NCBI GenBank assembly: GCA_963978095.1
Contig: CAXBQP010000039.1
Location: 1 to 28,400, forward strand
Reading direction: 5' to 3'
DNA from: an uncultured bacterium
GTDB lineage: Bacteria > Gemmatimonadota > Gemmatimonadetes > Gemmatimonadales > Gemmatimonadaceae
DNA: 28,400 nucleotides
The notes below the pieces were generated by a model, which was given only the letters and a program-made list of their open reading frames with translations, was not told the origin of the DNA and ran no database searches. Position 1 is the stretch's first letter. Every line of letters starts with the position of its first letter. Position numbers and translations under genes: made by a program. Positions 9,428 through 19,782 of this stretch are shown here, piece after piece.

Positions 9428-10150
9428 ATGACCGGACTCAGGAAGTGGGCTGCCACTGCAGGAGTCGTCGTGATCGCCGCTACGGCCACGATGATGTCCG
9501 CATACGCCGGCTCACAGCAGGGCGGCGCTCAGGCGCCCGCCGGCAAGAAGGAAACGGCGACCGAAGCCGCCAATCGCGAAGCGACCGGCAAGGCCGTCCC
9601 CGGCCCGTGGGCTTACAGCGGCGCCTCGGGCTACACCAACTACATCGGTGGCGGCGTCGGCCGCTCCCCGGTGCAACCGGTCAAGTTCCCGCACCCGGTG
9701 CACGTGAACACGCTCAAGATGAACTGCGTGTTCTGCCACAGCGCCGCCTTCAAGTCCTCCGACCCGGGGTTACCCGCCGTCGGGACATGCATGGGCTGCC
9801 ACGCAATCGTCGGGGGCGACCGTCCCGAAATCAAGAAGCTCACCGAGTATTACAACAAGAAGCAGCCGGTCCCCTGGGTCCGCGTCCACAAGGTCCCGGA
9901 GTATGTGCACTTCCCGCACATGCGCCACGTGAACGCCGGTGTCACCTGCCAAAGCTGCCACGGTCAGGTCAACAACATGCCGCAGGTCTTCCAGTACGCC
10001 TCGCTCAACATGGGCTGGTGCGTCTCCTGCCATGTGAACGGCTACTCGCCCGCGGAAGGCATGCGCGCGGCCGGATACACTCCCGATAAAGCAGCCCTCG
10101 ACGCCCCGCGCAAAAAGGCGTCGTATGACTGCACCAACTGTCACTACTAG
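9428..10150 (+). CDS. actA: Alternative complex III pentaheme cytochrome c subunit ActA
   Basis: Five CxxCH (CVFCH, CMGCH, CQSCH, CVSCH, CTNCH), plus QPVKFPHPVH, WVRVHKVPEYVHFPHMRHV and LNMGWC motifs. First gene of an actA-F order. Confidence 0.93.
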   Translation: MTGLRKWAATAGVVVIAATATMMSAYAGSQQGGAQAPAGKKETATEAANREATGKAVPGPWAYSGASGYTNYIGGGVGRSPVQPVKFPHPVHVNTLKMNCVFCHSAAFKSSDPGLPAVGTCMGCHAIVGGDRPEIKKLTEYYNKKQPVPWVRVHKVPEYVHFPHMRHVNAGVTCQSCHGQVNNMPQVFQYASLNMGWCVSCHVNGYSPAEGMRAAGYTPDKAALDAPRKKASYDCTNCHY

Positions 10151-10160
10151 GAATCGGCGC

Positions 10161-13100
10161 ATGAGCCAGGACGTCACCGACACGACGCCGACCGACGGCG
10201 TCAAGCGCCGCGAGTTCCTCAAGGTGCTCGGCGCCAGCGGCGCCGCCGCCACCATGGTGGGCTGCAGCAGCGACAAGGTCGAGAAGTTGATCCCCTACGT
10301 GGTCTCGCCGGACAACACCGTCCCGGGCGTCTCCACCTACTACGCCACCACCTGCCGCGAGTGTGCCGCCGGTTGCGGTCTCCTCGTCGAGACGCGCGAC
10401 GGTCGCGCCATCAAGGCCGAGGGCAATCCGGAACACCCGGTGAACCACGGCGCGCTGTGCGCACGCGGCCAGGCCGGACTCCAGGGGCTCTACAATCCGG
10501 ATCGCTTCCGCTCCCCCATGATGCGGCAGGGCGACAAGCTCGTCCCGACCACGTGGGACAACGCGATCAAGACCCTCCAGACCAAGCTCGGCGAAGCCAA
10601 GTCCAAGGGGACCGCCAAAGACGCCGTCTTCATCAACCAGCACGAGCAGGGCTCCTTCCCGGCGTTCCTCGATCAATGGCTCGCGGGGTACGGCATGCCC
10701 GGCGCCATCAGCTACGATGCGGAAGCTCCGCTCGGCGCGCTCGCGGCGAACAAGGCGGCCTACGGTGCGTCGTATCCGAAGCTCGAGTTCAGCGCCGCCA
10801 AGCTGGTGGTCTCGTTCGGCGCCGACTTCCTCGATGGATGGGGGATGGGCGTCACGCACCAGATCGACTTCGCCGACGCGCGCGCCAAGCTCGATGGCGG
10901 CCCGCGTGCGGTGTATGTCGGACCACGTCGCTCGCTCACCGGCTTGAACAGTGACAGCTGGATCCCGGTGCGTCCGGGGAGCAGCGCGATGGTCGCGCAG
11001 GCGCTCGCCGCCTCGGTCGGAGGCAAGGGCGGCATCTCGCTCAAGCAGGCGGCCGACGCGGCCGGCATCTCGGTGGCATCGCTCGAGGCGCTCGCGTCCG
11101 AACTGAAGTCGGTGAAGCCGAGTCTGCTCATCGCCGGTGGCGACGGGGCCGACAGCACGGAGACGGCCGCTGCGGTGGCCGAGCTCAACAAGGCGCTCGG
11201 GAATGTCGGCGTCACGGTGAAGCCCTCCGAGGGCTACAACACCTACGATGGCGTCGCCTCGCATGCCGCGGTGCGCGATGCTGCGGCGCGCATGGCGGCG
11301 GGCAAGGTGTCGGTGGCCTTCGTGCGCGGTGCGAACCCCGCGCACACGATGGCTGGCGCCACGAAGTTCGCCGATGCGTTCGCGAAGGCGGGTTTCAAGG
11401 TCTCGTTCTCGAGCTTCCCCGACGCGACGACGGAACTGTGCGATCTCGTCCTCCCCGATCACCACTCGCTCGAGAGCTGGGGCGATGCGGAGACGGTGAA
11501 GGGGATGCTCTCGTTGCAGCAGCCGGTGATGGATCCGGTGTTCGACACTCGGCAGACGGCCGACGTGCTGATCGCCGTGGCCAAGGGCGATCCGTCGATG
11601 GCGAGCAAGATGCCGGCTGACTATCGCGCCTTCATCGCGTCGCGAATCGGCGGCAACGCGGGCCTCACGGCAGCGCTGCCCAGCGGAATCGCCAAGGGGT
11701 CGGCGCTCCCGCACCCAGCAGCCAAGGCCGTCGCGTCGGCGCACGGCGACGGCGGGGCGAAGGGCGGCGAGTATTTCCTCCACGTCTATCATTCGCCCGT
11801 GCTCGGTGACGGCCGCGGCGCGAACAAGCCGTGGCTCCAGGAGCTGCCGGATCCCGTCAACAAGATCGCGTGGCAGACGGTGATCGAGCTGCATCCCGAG
11901 ACCGCCAAGAAGCTGAACATCGAAGAGGGCGATCACGCCACGGTCACCACGGCGAGTGGGAGCGTGACGGCGCCGGTGTACCTGTACATCGGACTTCGCC
12001 CGGATACCATCGCGGTGCAGGCGGGGCGTGGGCACACGGCGTACGGTCGCTATGCCAACGGATGCGGCGTGAACGCCATGTCGTTGCTGCCGAGCGTCGA
12101 GGGGGGCGCCTCGGGCGCGGTGGTCCTCTCGGGCAGCAAGGCGAGCGTCGCCAAGGCGAGCGGCTCGAGCCGCTTGGTCACCACGGAAGGGTCGGGACGT
12201 CAGCACGGTCGCGGCATCGCCCGCGCCCTGACCGTCGCCGACCTCATGGCCGGCAAGATCAACGAAGAGAAGGAAGCGTTCGTGGGGCAGGCCAAGGTCG
12301 GCTTCCTCCCGGGGCTCCGCTCGCCGGTCGCGAACGACGCGCAGGGTGAACTCGGCGACCCCAAGTCGAAGGACAAGGGCCAGTACGATCCCAACCACTG
12401 GAGCGGCGTCGCCAAGCGTCGCTGGGCGATGACCATCGACCTGGCGCGTTGCACCGGCTGCTCGGCCTGTGTCACCGCCTGCTACAGCGAGAACAACATC
12501 CCGACCGTCGGCGCCTCGCATCAGGGTGCGCAGGTCATGCCTGACCGCACCGGCTTCGGCGCCAACATCACGCGTTCGCGCGAGATGGCGTGGATCCGTC
12601 TCGAGCGCTACTTCGAGATCGACCGCGAGCCCAAGGACGTCGCGTGGAACCCGGACTTCGAGACGCGCGTCGTCCCGATGATGTGCCAGCACTGCGGCAA
12701 TGCACCGTGCGAGCCCGTCTGCCCGGTGTACGCCACGTACCACTCGCCGGACGGCCTGAACGTGCAGGTGTACAACCGCTGCGTCGGCACCCGCTACTGC
12801 AGCAACAACTGCCCGTACAAGGTCCGCTACTTCAACTGGTTCGGCTACGGCGAGCCCAACCGCGCGCAGTACGCGTTCCCGGAGCCGCTGCACTGGCAGC
12901 TCAACCCCGACGTCACCGTGCGTGGCAAGGGCGTCATGGAGAAGTGCTCCTTCTGCGTGCAGCGCATCAAGGAAGCGGAGAACCGCGCGACGCTCGAGAA
13001 GCGCGAGATCCTGCCGGACGAGTTCACGACGGCGTGCGCGCAGGCGTGCCCGTCGCGGGCGATCATCTTCGGCGATGCGGCCGACGACCGTTGGACGGTC

Positions 13101-13220
13101 GCGAAGATGGTGAAGGACGAGCGGGCCTACCATGTGTTCGAAGAGCTGAACACCTACACGGCGGTCGTCTACTTGCAGAAGGTCACTCATCCGTCGGCGT
13201 CCGCGCCGGCGAAGGCGTAA
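10161..13220 (+). CDS. actB: Alternative complex III subunit ActB (Tat lipoprotein; molybdopterin-oxidoreductase-like domain fused to Fe-S domain)
   Basis: Tat motif RREFLK followed by lipobox MVGC. GRAIKAEGNPEHP and ANKPWLQELPDP motifs. C-terminal Fe-S motifs CTGCSACVTAC, CQHCGNAPCEPVCP, CVGTRYCSNNCP (3Fe-4S type) and CSFC...CAQACP. Confidence 0.93.
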   Translation: MSQDVTDTTPTDGVKRREFLKVLGASGAAATMVGCSSDKVEKLIPYVVSPDNTVPGVSTYYATTCRECAAGCGLLVETRDGRAIKAEGNPEHPVNHGALCARGQAGLQGLYNPDRFRSPMMRQGDKLVPTTWDNAIKTLQTKLGEAKSKGTAKDAVFINQHEQGSFPAFLDQWLAGYGMPGAISYDAEAPLGALAANKAAYGASYPKLEFSAAKLVVSFGADFLDGWGMGVTHQIDFADARAKLDGGPRAVYVGPRRSLTGLNSDSWIPVRPGSSAMVAQALAASVGGKGGISLKQAADAAGISVASLEALASELKSVKPSLLIAGGDGADSTETAAAVAELNKALGNVGVTVKPSEGYNTYDGVASHAAVRDAAARMAAGKVSVAFVRGANPAHTMAGATKFADAFAKAGFKVSFSSFPDATTELCDLVLPDHHSLESWGDAETVKGMLSLQQPVMDPVFDTRQTADVLIAVAKGDPSMASKMPADYRAFIASRIGGNAGLTAALPSGIAKGSALPHPAAKAVASAHGDGGAKGGEYFLHVYHSPVLGDGRGANKPWLQELPDPVNKIAWQTVIELHPETAKKLNIEEGDHATVTTASGSVTAPVYLYIGLRPDTIAVQAGRGHTAYGRYANGCGVNAMSLLPSVEGGASGAVVLSGSKASVAKASGSSRLVTTEGSGRQHGRGIARALTVADLMAGKINEEKEAFVGQAKVGFLPGLRSPVANDAQGELGDPKSKDKGQYDPNHWSGVAKRRWAMTIDLARCTGCSACVTACYSENNIPTVGASHQGAQVMPDRTGFGANITRSREMAWIRLERYFEIDREPKDVAWNPDFETRVVPMMCQHCGNAPCEPVCPVYATYHSPDGLNVQVYNRCVGTRYCSNNCPYKVRYFNWFGYGEPNRAQYAFPEPLHWQLNPDVTVRGKGVMEKCSFCVQRIKEAENRATLEKREILPDEFTTACAQACPSRAIIFGDAADDRWTVAKMVKDERAYHVFEELNTYTAVVYLQKVTHPSASAPAKA

Positions 13221-13233
13221 GGGGGGCGCGACG

Positions 13234-14640
<1,407 letters not shown>

Positions 14641-14641
14641 C

Positions 14642-15145
14642 ATGAAGCAAGGCATGCTGGGCGCCTTCCGCGAGCTCGACGCCACCTGTGCGGCGATCGA
14701 GGAGCTCAAGAAGAAGAAGGTGGGCGAGGTCACGGTCTTCACCCCGACTCCGCGCCACGAGATCGAACACGCGATGCATTCGCCGATGAGCAAGGTCCGC
14801 CAGTTCACGCTGGTCGGCGCGCTCTCCGGGGCCTGCTTCGGCTACTGGATCGCGATCTGGAGCTCGGAGTACTGGCCCCTGGTCGTGGGTGGCAAGGCCA
14901 TTTCCACCTGGATCCCGTATACGATTTTCGGATTCGAAGTGATGGTGCTCGTGGGCGCGCTGTCCACGGTGGCCGGCTTCTTCATCCTCTCGCGCATTCC
15001 ACGCCTGACGATGACGGTCGGTTATGACCCCCGGTTCAGTCACGGGGACTACGGCGTGTGGGTCAAGTGCGCGCCCGATCAGCTCAAGAACGCCGAAGAG
15101 ATTCTGCGCCGGAATGGCGCGGTGGAGGTGCGTGGTGATGAGTAA
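14642..15145 (+). CDS. actD: Alternative complex III subunit ActD (DUF3341)
   Basis: Two TM helices, WPLVVGGK and YDPRFS motifs, positioned after actC. ATG 14642 has a GGAGG RBS. Confidence 0.9.
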   Translation: MKQGMLGAFRELDATCAAIEELKKKKVGEVTVFTPTPRHEIEHAMHSPMSKVRQFTLVGALSGACFGYWIAIWSSEYWPLVVGGKAISTWIPYTIFGFEVMVLVGALSTVAGFFILSRIPRLTMTVGYDPRFSHGDYGVWVKCAPDQLKNAEEILRRNGAVEVRGDE

Positions 15146-15860
15146 CAGGATCGCGCGCCGCCTGGCGCTCGTGGTGCTGCCCTTGGCGTTGGGCGCCTGC
15201 GACTGGTTCACCGACTTCAAGCAGCAGCCGTCGGTCGGCACCTGGCAGGAGTTCAACGACAGCACGGCGCTCAAGGGGTTCCGCGGTCAGCCGTCGCACT
15301 CGGTCGGCACCAACGGCACGCTCGCGCCCGGGTATGGGGTCAGCTATCAGCCGTTGCCGCAGACCATCGACTCGCTAGCCGGGATCGCGAATCCGACCAA
15401 GCCCGACGCCCGGTCGCTGCTGAACGGCCGCAAGTACTACTCGATCAACTGCGCCGTCTGCCATGGTGCCGCCGGTGATGCCAAGAGCACGCTCGCGGCC
15501 ATCAACTATGGGTTTGCGCCGAGCCTCTTGACCGATCAGGCCAAGGGACGCAGCGATGGCTACATCTGGGGGATGATGCGCAATGGTCGCGGCGTCATGC
15601 CCTCGGCCAACCGCATCGAAGAGGCGGAGCGCTGGGACGTGATCAACTACGTCCGCGGTCTCCAGGGCCGGTATCCGGTCGACACCGGGGCGGTGGGTCG
15701 CCCCGGCGAGACCGGCGATCTGCTCCCGGGCTATACCAAGCTTGGTCCGACCGTGCCGTCGGCGTATTTCCATCCGAATGTGAAGCCGCGTGAAGCCAAG
15801 GGCGAAGCCCACGGCGAAGGGGCGGCGACTGAAACCAAGAAGCCGGAGGGGCTGGAATGA
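15138..15860 (+). CDS. actE: Alternative complex III monoheme cytochrome c lipoprotein ActE
   Basis: Lipobox LALGAC, a single CAVCH, the GRGVMPS distal Met motif and ERWDVINYVRGLQ. Confidence 0.9.
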   Translation: MSNRIARRLALVVLPLALGACDWFTDFKQQPSVGTWQEFNDSTALKGFRGQPSHSVGTNGTLAPGYGVSYQPLPQTIDSLAGIANPTKPDARSLLNGRKYYSINCAVCHGAAGDAKSTLAAINYGFAPSLLTDQAKGRSDGYIWGMMRNGRGVMPSANRIEEAERWDVINYVRGLQGRYPVDTGAVGRPGETGDLLPGYTKLGPTVPSAYFHPNVKPREAKGEAHGEGAATETKKPEGLE

Positions 15861-17191
15861 GCGGCCATCAAGATACCGGGTACGCGCGCGAACGCGTCGT
15901 CGCTGCGGGCGCGCGCCAGCTCCCGACCTGGATTCGGCAGGTCTCGATCGGCCTCGCCGTGCTGGGCCTCGCCATCTTCCTGTTCGGCGTGTTGTCCGGT
16001 GACCACAAGACGCGCGCCTGGCACGCGTTCCAGGTGAACTGGCTGTTCTTCAGCACGATTTCGTCGGCCGCCGTGATGTTCGTGGCGGTGCAGCGGATCA
16101 CCACCGCGCGCTGGTCGCGCGGCATTGCCCGCATCATGGAAGGGTTCGGGGCGTTCCTCCCTGTGGCCTTCATCGGGCTGGTGGTGCTCGTGCTCTTCGG
16201 GGGCGAGCACGCGTATCCGTGGTGGAACGAACTCGGGGAGCTGAAGCACGAGAAGCAGGTGTATCTCGGACACACCTTCTTCACCCTGCGATCGATTCTC
16301 GCCTTCGCGGCGATCATGGTCATGCAGCTCTGGTATCTCTGGACCTCGGTCCGGTTGGACGTCGGAGTGAGCCCGGAGGGCGGGGCAGGCTGGGCCGCTG
16401 GAATCCGGGCCAGGATGCGCGCCAGCTTCGGCGAAGAGCGTCGCGAACTGCACAGCACCCACTCGCTGCAGGGCAAGCTCGCGGTCATCATGGCGCTGGT
16501 CTTCGGTTTCGGCTGGTGCATCCTCGCGTGGGACCAGTCGATGTCGCTCGACCCGCACTTCTTCAGCACGATGTACGGCTGGCAGGTGTTCATGGGCGGC
16601 TGGCTCGTCTCGCTCATGGTGACGTCGGTCCTCGTCCGCTTCTGGCAGGATTATCTCGGTGCGGACGACCTGATCACCGACTCGCACTTCCATGACATCG
16701 GCAAGCTCTGCTTTGCCTTCACGGCATTCTGGGGGTACCTGACCTTCAGCCAGTTCCTGGTGATCTGGTACGGCAACATGTTCGAGGAAACCCACTTCTT
16801 CACCCTTCGTCTGAGCGGTGTGTGGAAGAACTGGACCCTCGCGGCTGCGTGGCTGACTTTCGCGCTCCCCTTCTTCGGGCTCCTGTCCGTCAAGGCCAAG
16901 ATGTGGCGGCCGACGATGTTCTTCTTCGCCGCCTGCAGCTTCACGGGACTGTGGATCGCCCGCTATGTCGAGGTGTACCCCTCGTCGTACGGCGTCGCGT
17001 CGAACGCGCCATTCAGCTTTTGGGAAGTCGGGATCTTCTTGGGTTTCCTGGGGGCTTGGGGCTTCTGCTACTCGAGCTTCATGGATGCCTTCCCGAAGTT
17101 CCGCGTGTTCCTGCTGACGTCGCCGTACCGCGACGAAGTGCAGATTCCCGTGGATCCGGTCACGATGGAGCCGCTGCCGGCCCACGAGTAA
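15857..17191 (+). CDS. actF: Alternative complex III membrane subunit ActF
   Basis: Polytopic membrane protein with ARWS, DQSMSLDPHFFSTMYG, HFHDIGKL and FSQFLVIWYGNMFEET motifs. ATGA overlap with actE. Confidence 0.92.
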   Translation: MSGHQDTGYARERVVAAGARQLPTWIRQVSIGLAVLGLAIFLFGVLSGDHKTRAWHAFQVNWLFFSTISSAAVMFVAVQRITTARWSRGIARIMEGFGAFLPVAFIGLVVLVLFGGEHAYPWWNELGELKHEKQVYLGHTFFTLRSILAFAAIMVMQLWYLWTSVRLDVGVSPEGGAGWAAGIRARMRASFGEERRELHSTHSLQGKLAVIMALVFGFGWCILAWDQSMSLDPHFFSTMYGWQVFMGGWLVSLMVTSVLVRFWQDYLGADDLITDSHFHDIGKLCFAFTAFWGYLTFSQFLVIWYGNMFEETHFFTLRLSGVWKNWTLAAAWLTFALPFFGLLSVKAKMWRPTMFFFAACSFTGLWIARYVEVYPSSYGVASNAPFSFWEVGIFLGFLGAWGFCYSSFMDAFPKFRVFLLTSPYRDEVQIPVDPVTMEPLPAHE

Positions 17192-17214
17192 GGGGCCGCG
17201 TCGGATGCGTATCA

Positions 17215-17254
17215 GACGGCAGCGGGGGGACGTCCTGCTGCCGTCGGTGTTTGT
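17215..17254 (+). terminator. Putative rho-independent terminator of the act operon
   Basis: Stem GACGGCAGCGGG / CCTGCTGCCGTC (one G-U pair) followed by GGTGTTTGT, 24 nt after the actF stop. Confidence 0.55.
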
Positions 17255-17360
17255 GGGGAGCTCCACTACAGGGGTTAGGGGAGTCGCTGACTGCAGGGGC
17301 GGCCGAGTTACCTTATCATCCGGTTACGCTCCAGCTAAGTTGTTGGTAGAGTTGATCTAG

Positions 17361-17433
17361 GGGGCGGTAGCTCAGCTGGGAGAGCACCTGCTTTGCAAGC
17401 AGGGGGTCACGGGTTCGATCCCCGTCCGCTCCA
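17361..17433 (+). tRNA. tRNA-Ala (anticodon TGC)
   Basis: Acceptor stem GGGGCGG/CCGCTCC with the G3:U70 Ala identity pair. D-arm TAGCTCAGCTGGGAGAGC, anticodon arm CCTGC-TTTGCAA-GCAGG and T-loop GGTTCGATCC. Discriminator A; CCA is not encoded. Confidence 0.97.
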
Positions 17434-17501
17434 TTCATCACCCCTGTGTGTGCCACGATGTCGCTCCGGCATGCCAAGTTCGGTTGGTCGCCCGACACGC
17501 C

Positions 17502-18206
17502 ATGACGCACCCGACGGAGGACGTCTTCGCGATCGAGGCGCAGGGCATCGCCCGGCGCTTCGGTACTCGGTGGATCCTGCGCGGGGTCTCGATGCACGTG
17601 CGACCCGGTGAAGTGGTCGGACTGTTGGGATCCAACGGCTGCGGCAAGAGTACGTTGCTGCGCATGTTGGCCACCCTGCTCAAGCCGACGGCCGGCGCGG
17701 CGGCCATTTGCGGGCATGATGTCGTTGCCGAAGCCGACGAGGTGCGTCGAAACATCGGATTCCTGGCCCACGCCCCGGGGCTTTACGACGACTTGTCGGC
17801 GCGAGAGAACCTGGAGTTCGCCGCCGAGATGATCGGCGGGGGCCACCAGGACATCGACGCGTTGATCGAGCGCGTGAACCTCTCGCATGTGCGGCACGAA
17901 CGCGTGCGCGGATTCTCGGCCGGCATGCAACGCCGCCTCGCGCTCTGCCGACTGATGCTCACCAATGCGCGGGTACTCCTCTTCGATGAGCCGTACAGCA
18001 ATCTCGATACCGACGGCATTCGGTTGATGAACAGCATCATCGCGGAAGCCGCACGCGACGGAGGGGCGGCGCTCGTGGTGCTGCACGAGCTCGCTCCCGC
18101 GGCGGGACTGTTGCACCGAACGGTGACGATCCGCGATGGCCGCGTGGCTGACCCGAGCGCCGCCAGCCCACAGGCCGCCTGCACCGGCGCCGAGGAGGTC
18201 GCGTGA
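17502..18206 (+). CDS. ccmA: Heme ABC exporter ATP-binding protein CcmA
   Basis: GSNGCGKST, FSAGMQRRLAL and LFDEPYSNLD, at the head of the ccm operon. The start could be as far upstream as 17448. Confidence 0.9.
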   Translation: MTHPTEDVFAIEAQGIARRFGTRWILRGVSMHVRPGEVVGLLGSNGCGKSTLLRMLATLLKPTAGAAAICGHDVVAEADEVRRNIGFLAHAPGLYDDLSARENLEFAAEMIGGGHQDIDALIERVNLSHVRHERVRGFSAGMQRRLALCRLMLTNARVLLFDEPYSNLDTDGIRLMNSIIAEAARDGGAALVVLHELAPAAGLLHRTVTIRDGRVADPSAASPQAACTGAEEVA

Positions 18207-18904
18207 CGCGCGTCCTTCAACCGGGTGGGGACACCTGGCGCCGCATCCGGGCGATCGCGTGGAAGGACTTGACCACCGAGCGTCGCTCCAAAGCCGGATT
18301 CAATGCCGTCGTGTCGCTCGGCATCACCATCCTCGTGCTGTTCGGATTCGCGCTCGGTCCGGATGCGCAGGTGCTGCGGGATGCGGCCCCAGGCGCCCTC
18401 TGGCTCGCGGTGCTCTTTGCCGGCGTGCTGGCCTTCAACCGCAGCTATCAGGTGGAACTGGATACCGGTGCGCTGGAGCCGCTGCTGCTCTACCCCGGGG
18501 CACGATGGACCATCTTCACCGGCAAGCTGCTGGCGAACATGCTCTTCGTCGGTCTGCTGCTCGTGATCGTCGTGCTGGCCGGCATGGTGCTCTTTGCCGT
18601 GAAGGTCCCCGAGGCGTGGCCCACGGTGATTGCGGTGCTGGCGCTTGGCGCGATCGGACTCGTGACGCTGGGTACCTTTTACGCCTCGATGGCGAGCCGC
18701 AGCAGGGCCCGTGAAGTGTTGCTGCCGCTGCTGCTCTTTCCGATGCTCGTGCCGGTATTGCTGGCCGCCATGCAGGCGAGCAAGGCCCTGATCGGTGCCG
18801 ACATGATGCTGGAAGCCGGCGCGTGGATCAAGATGTTGATCGCCTACGACCTCATCTTCCTGTTGGCCACGCATCTCGCGTTCGAACATGTGATCGAGGC
18901 ATGA
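18203..18904 (+). CDS. ccmB: Heme exporter protein CcmB
   Basis: AWKDLTTERRS, PGALWLAVLFAG, ELDTGALEPLLL and LLPLLLFPMLVPVLL motifs. Confidence 0.92.
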   Translation: MTRVLQPGGDTWRRIRAIAWKDLTTERRSKAGFNAVVSLGITILVLFGFALGPDAQVLRDAAPGALWLAVLFAGVLAFNRSYQVELDTGALEPLLLYPGARWTIFTGKLLANMLFVGLLLVIVVLAGMVLFAVKVPEAWPTVIAVLALGAIGLVTLGTFYASMASRSRAREVLLPLLLFPMLVPVLLAAMQASKALIGADMMLEAGAWIKMLIAYDLIFLLATHLAFEHVIEA

Positions 18905-18911
18905 TTCCCTG

Positions 18912-19625
18912 ATGACTGCTCCCGTTGCTCCCCCCGCGATCCAGGTACCCAAAGCCGGCGCATGGCCGGTGTTCGGATGGTTCACGCTGGCGTTCATGGT
19001 GGCCGCGCAGGGGTACGCGATCGTCACCTCGCCCGCCGACCGCGACATGGGCGATCTGCAGAAGATCCTCTACGTGCACGTGCCGGCGTCGTGGATCATG
19101 TCGATCACGTTCGCGCTGGTGTTCGTCTACAGCCTCTTGTACCTGTGGAAGGGGAGGGAGAGCCACGATCTGCTGGCGGCGTCGTCGGCCGAAGTCGGCG
19201 CGACCTTCGTCGGACTCACCCTCGTGCAGGGGATGATCTGGGGGAAGCCGACCTGGGGGGTCTGGTGGACCTGGGATGCACGCTTGACGTCGACACTCGT
19301 GCTCTTCCTGGTGTTCGTGGGCTATCTTGCGCTTCGGGCGTTCATCGACGAACCGCAGCGTCGCGGCCAGTGGAGCGCGGCGGTCGGGGTGCTCGGTTCC
19401 ATCAACGTCCCGATCGTCTGGATGTCCGTGCGGTGGTGGCGGACGTTGCACCAGATGCAATCCACGCCGCAAACCATGGATCCCGCCTATCGGAACGGCC
19501 TGCTCGTGAACTTTCTGGCATTCACCCTGCTGGCGGTGTATCTGATCCGGCGCCGGTATGAGGCGTCGATGACGGCGCGTGCCGCCGAGTTGGCGTCGCA
19601 GGCCATGGCGCTGGGAGGACACTGA
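18912..19625 (+). CDS. ccmC: Heme exporter protein CcmC
   Basis: YVHVP, tryptophan-rich WGKPTWGVWWTWDARLT and WWRTLHQ. Confidence 0.95.
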   Translation: MTAPVAPPAIQVPKAGAWPVFGWFTLAFMVAAQGYAIVTSPADRDMGDLQKILYVHVPASWIMSITFALVFVYSLLYLWKGRESHDLLAASSAEVGATFVGLTLVQGMIWGKPTWGVWWTWDARLTSTLVLFLVFVGYLALRAFIDEPQRRGQWSAAVGVLGSINVPIVWMSVRWWRTLHQMQSTPQTMDPAYRNGLLVNFLAFTLLAVYLIRRRYEASMTARAAELASQAMALGGH

Positions 19626-19626
19626 G

Positions 19627-19782
19627 ATGCCGCCGATGGCGGGACCGAACAACTGGAGTTTCGTGATCGCGGCATACGCGATCACCTGGATCACGATCAT
19701 CGGGTACTGGGTGCACGTGCACCGGGCGCTGCGCGACGCGCAGCACGATTTGGATGCGGCGAAGGCCGCAGGAGGGCAGTGA
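19627..19782 (+). CDS. ccmD: Heme exporter protein CcmD
   Basis: A 51-aa ORF with a GGAGG RBS between ccmC and ccmE. It has a WSFVIAAYAIT hydrophobic N-terminus and a charged tail. Confidence 0.8.
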   Translation: MPPMAGPNNWSFVIAAYAITWITIIGYWVHVHRALRDAQHDLDAAKAAGGQ

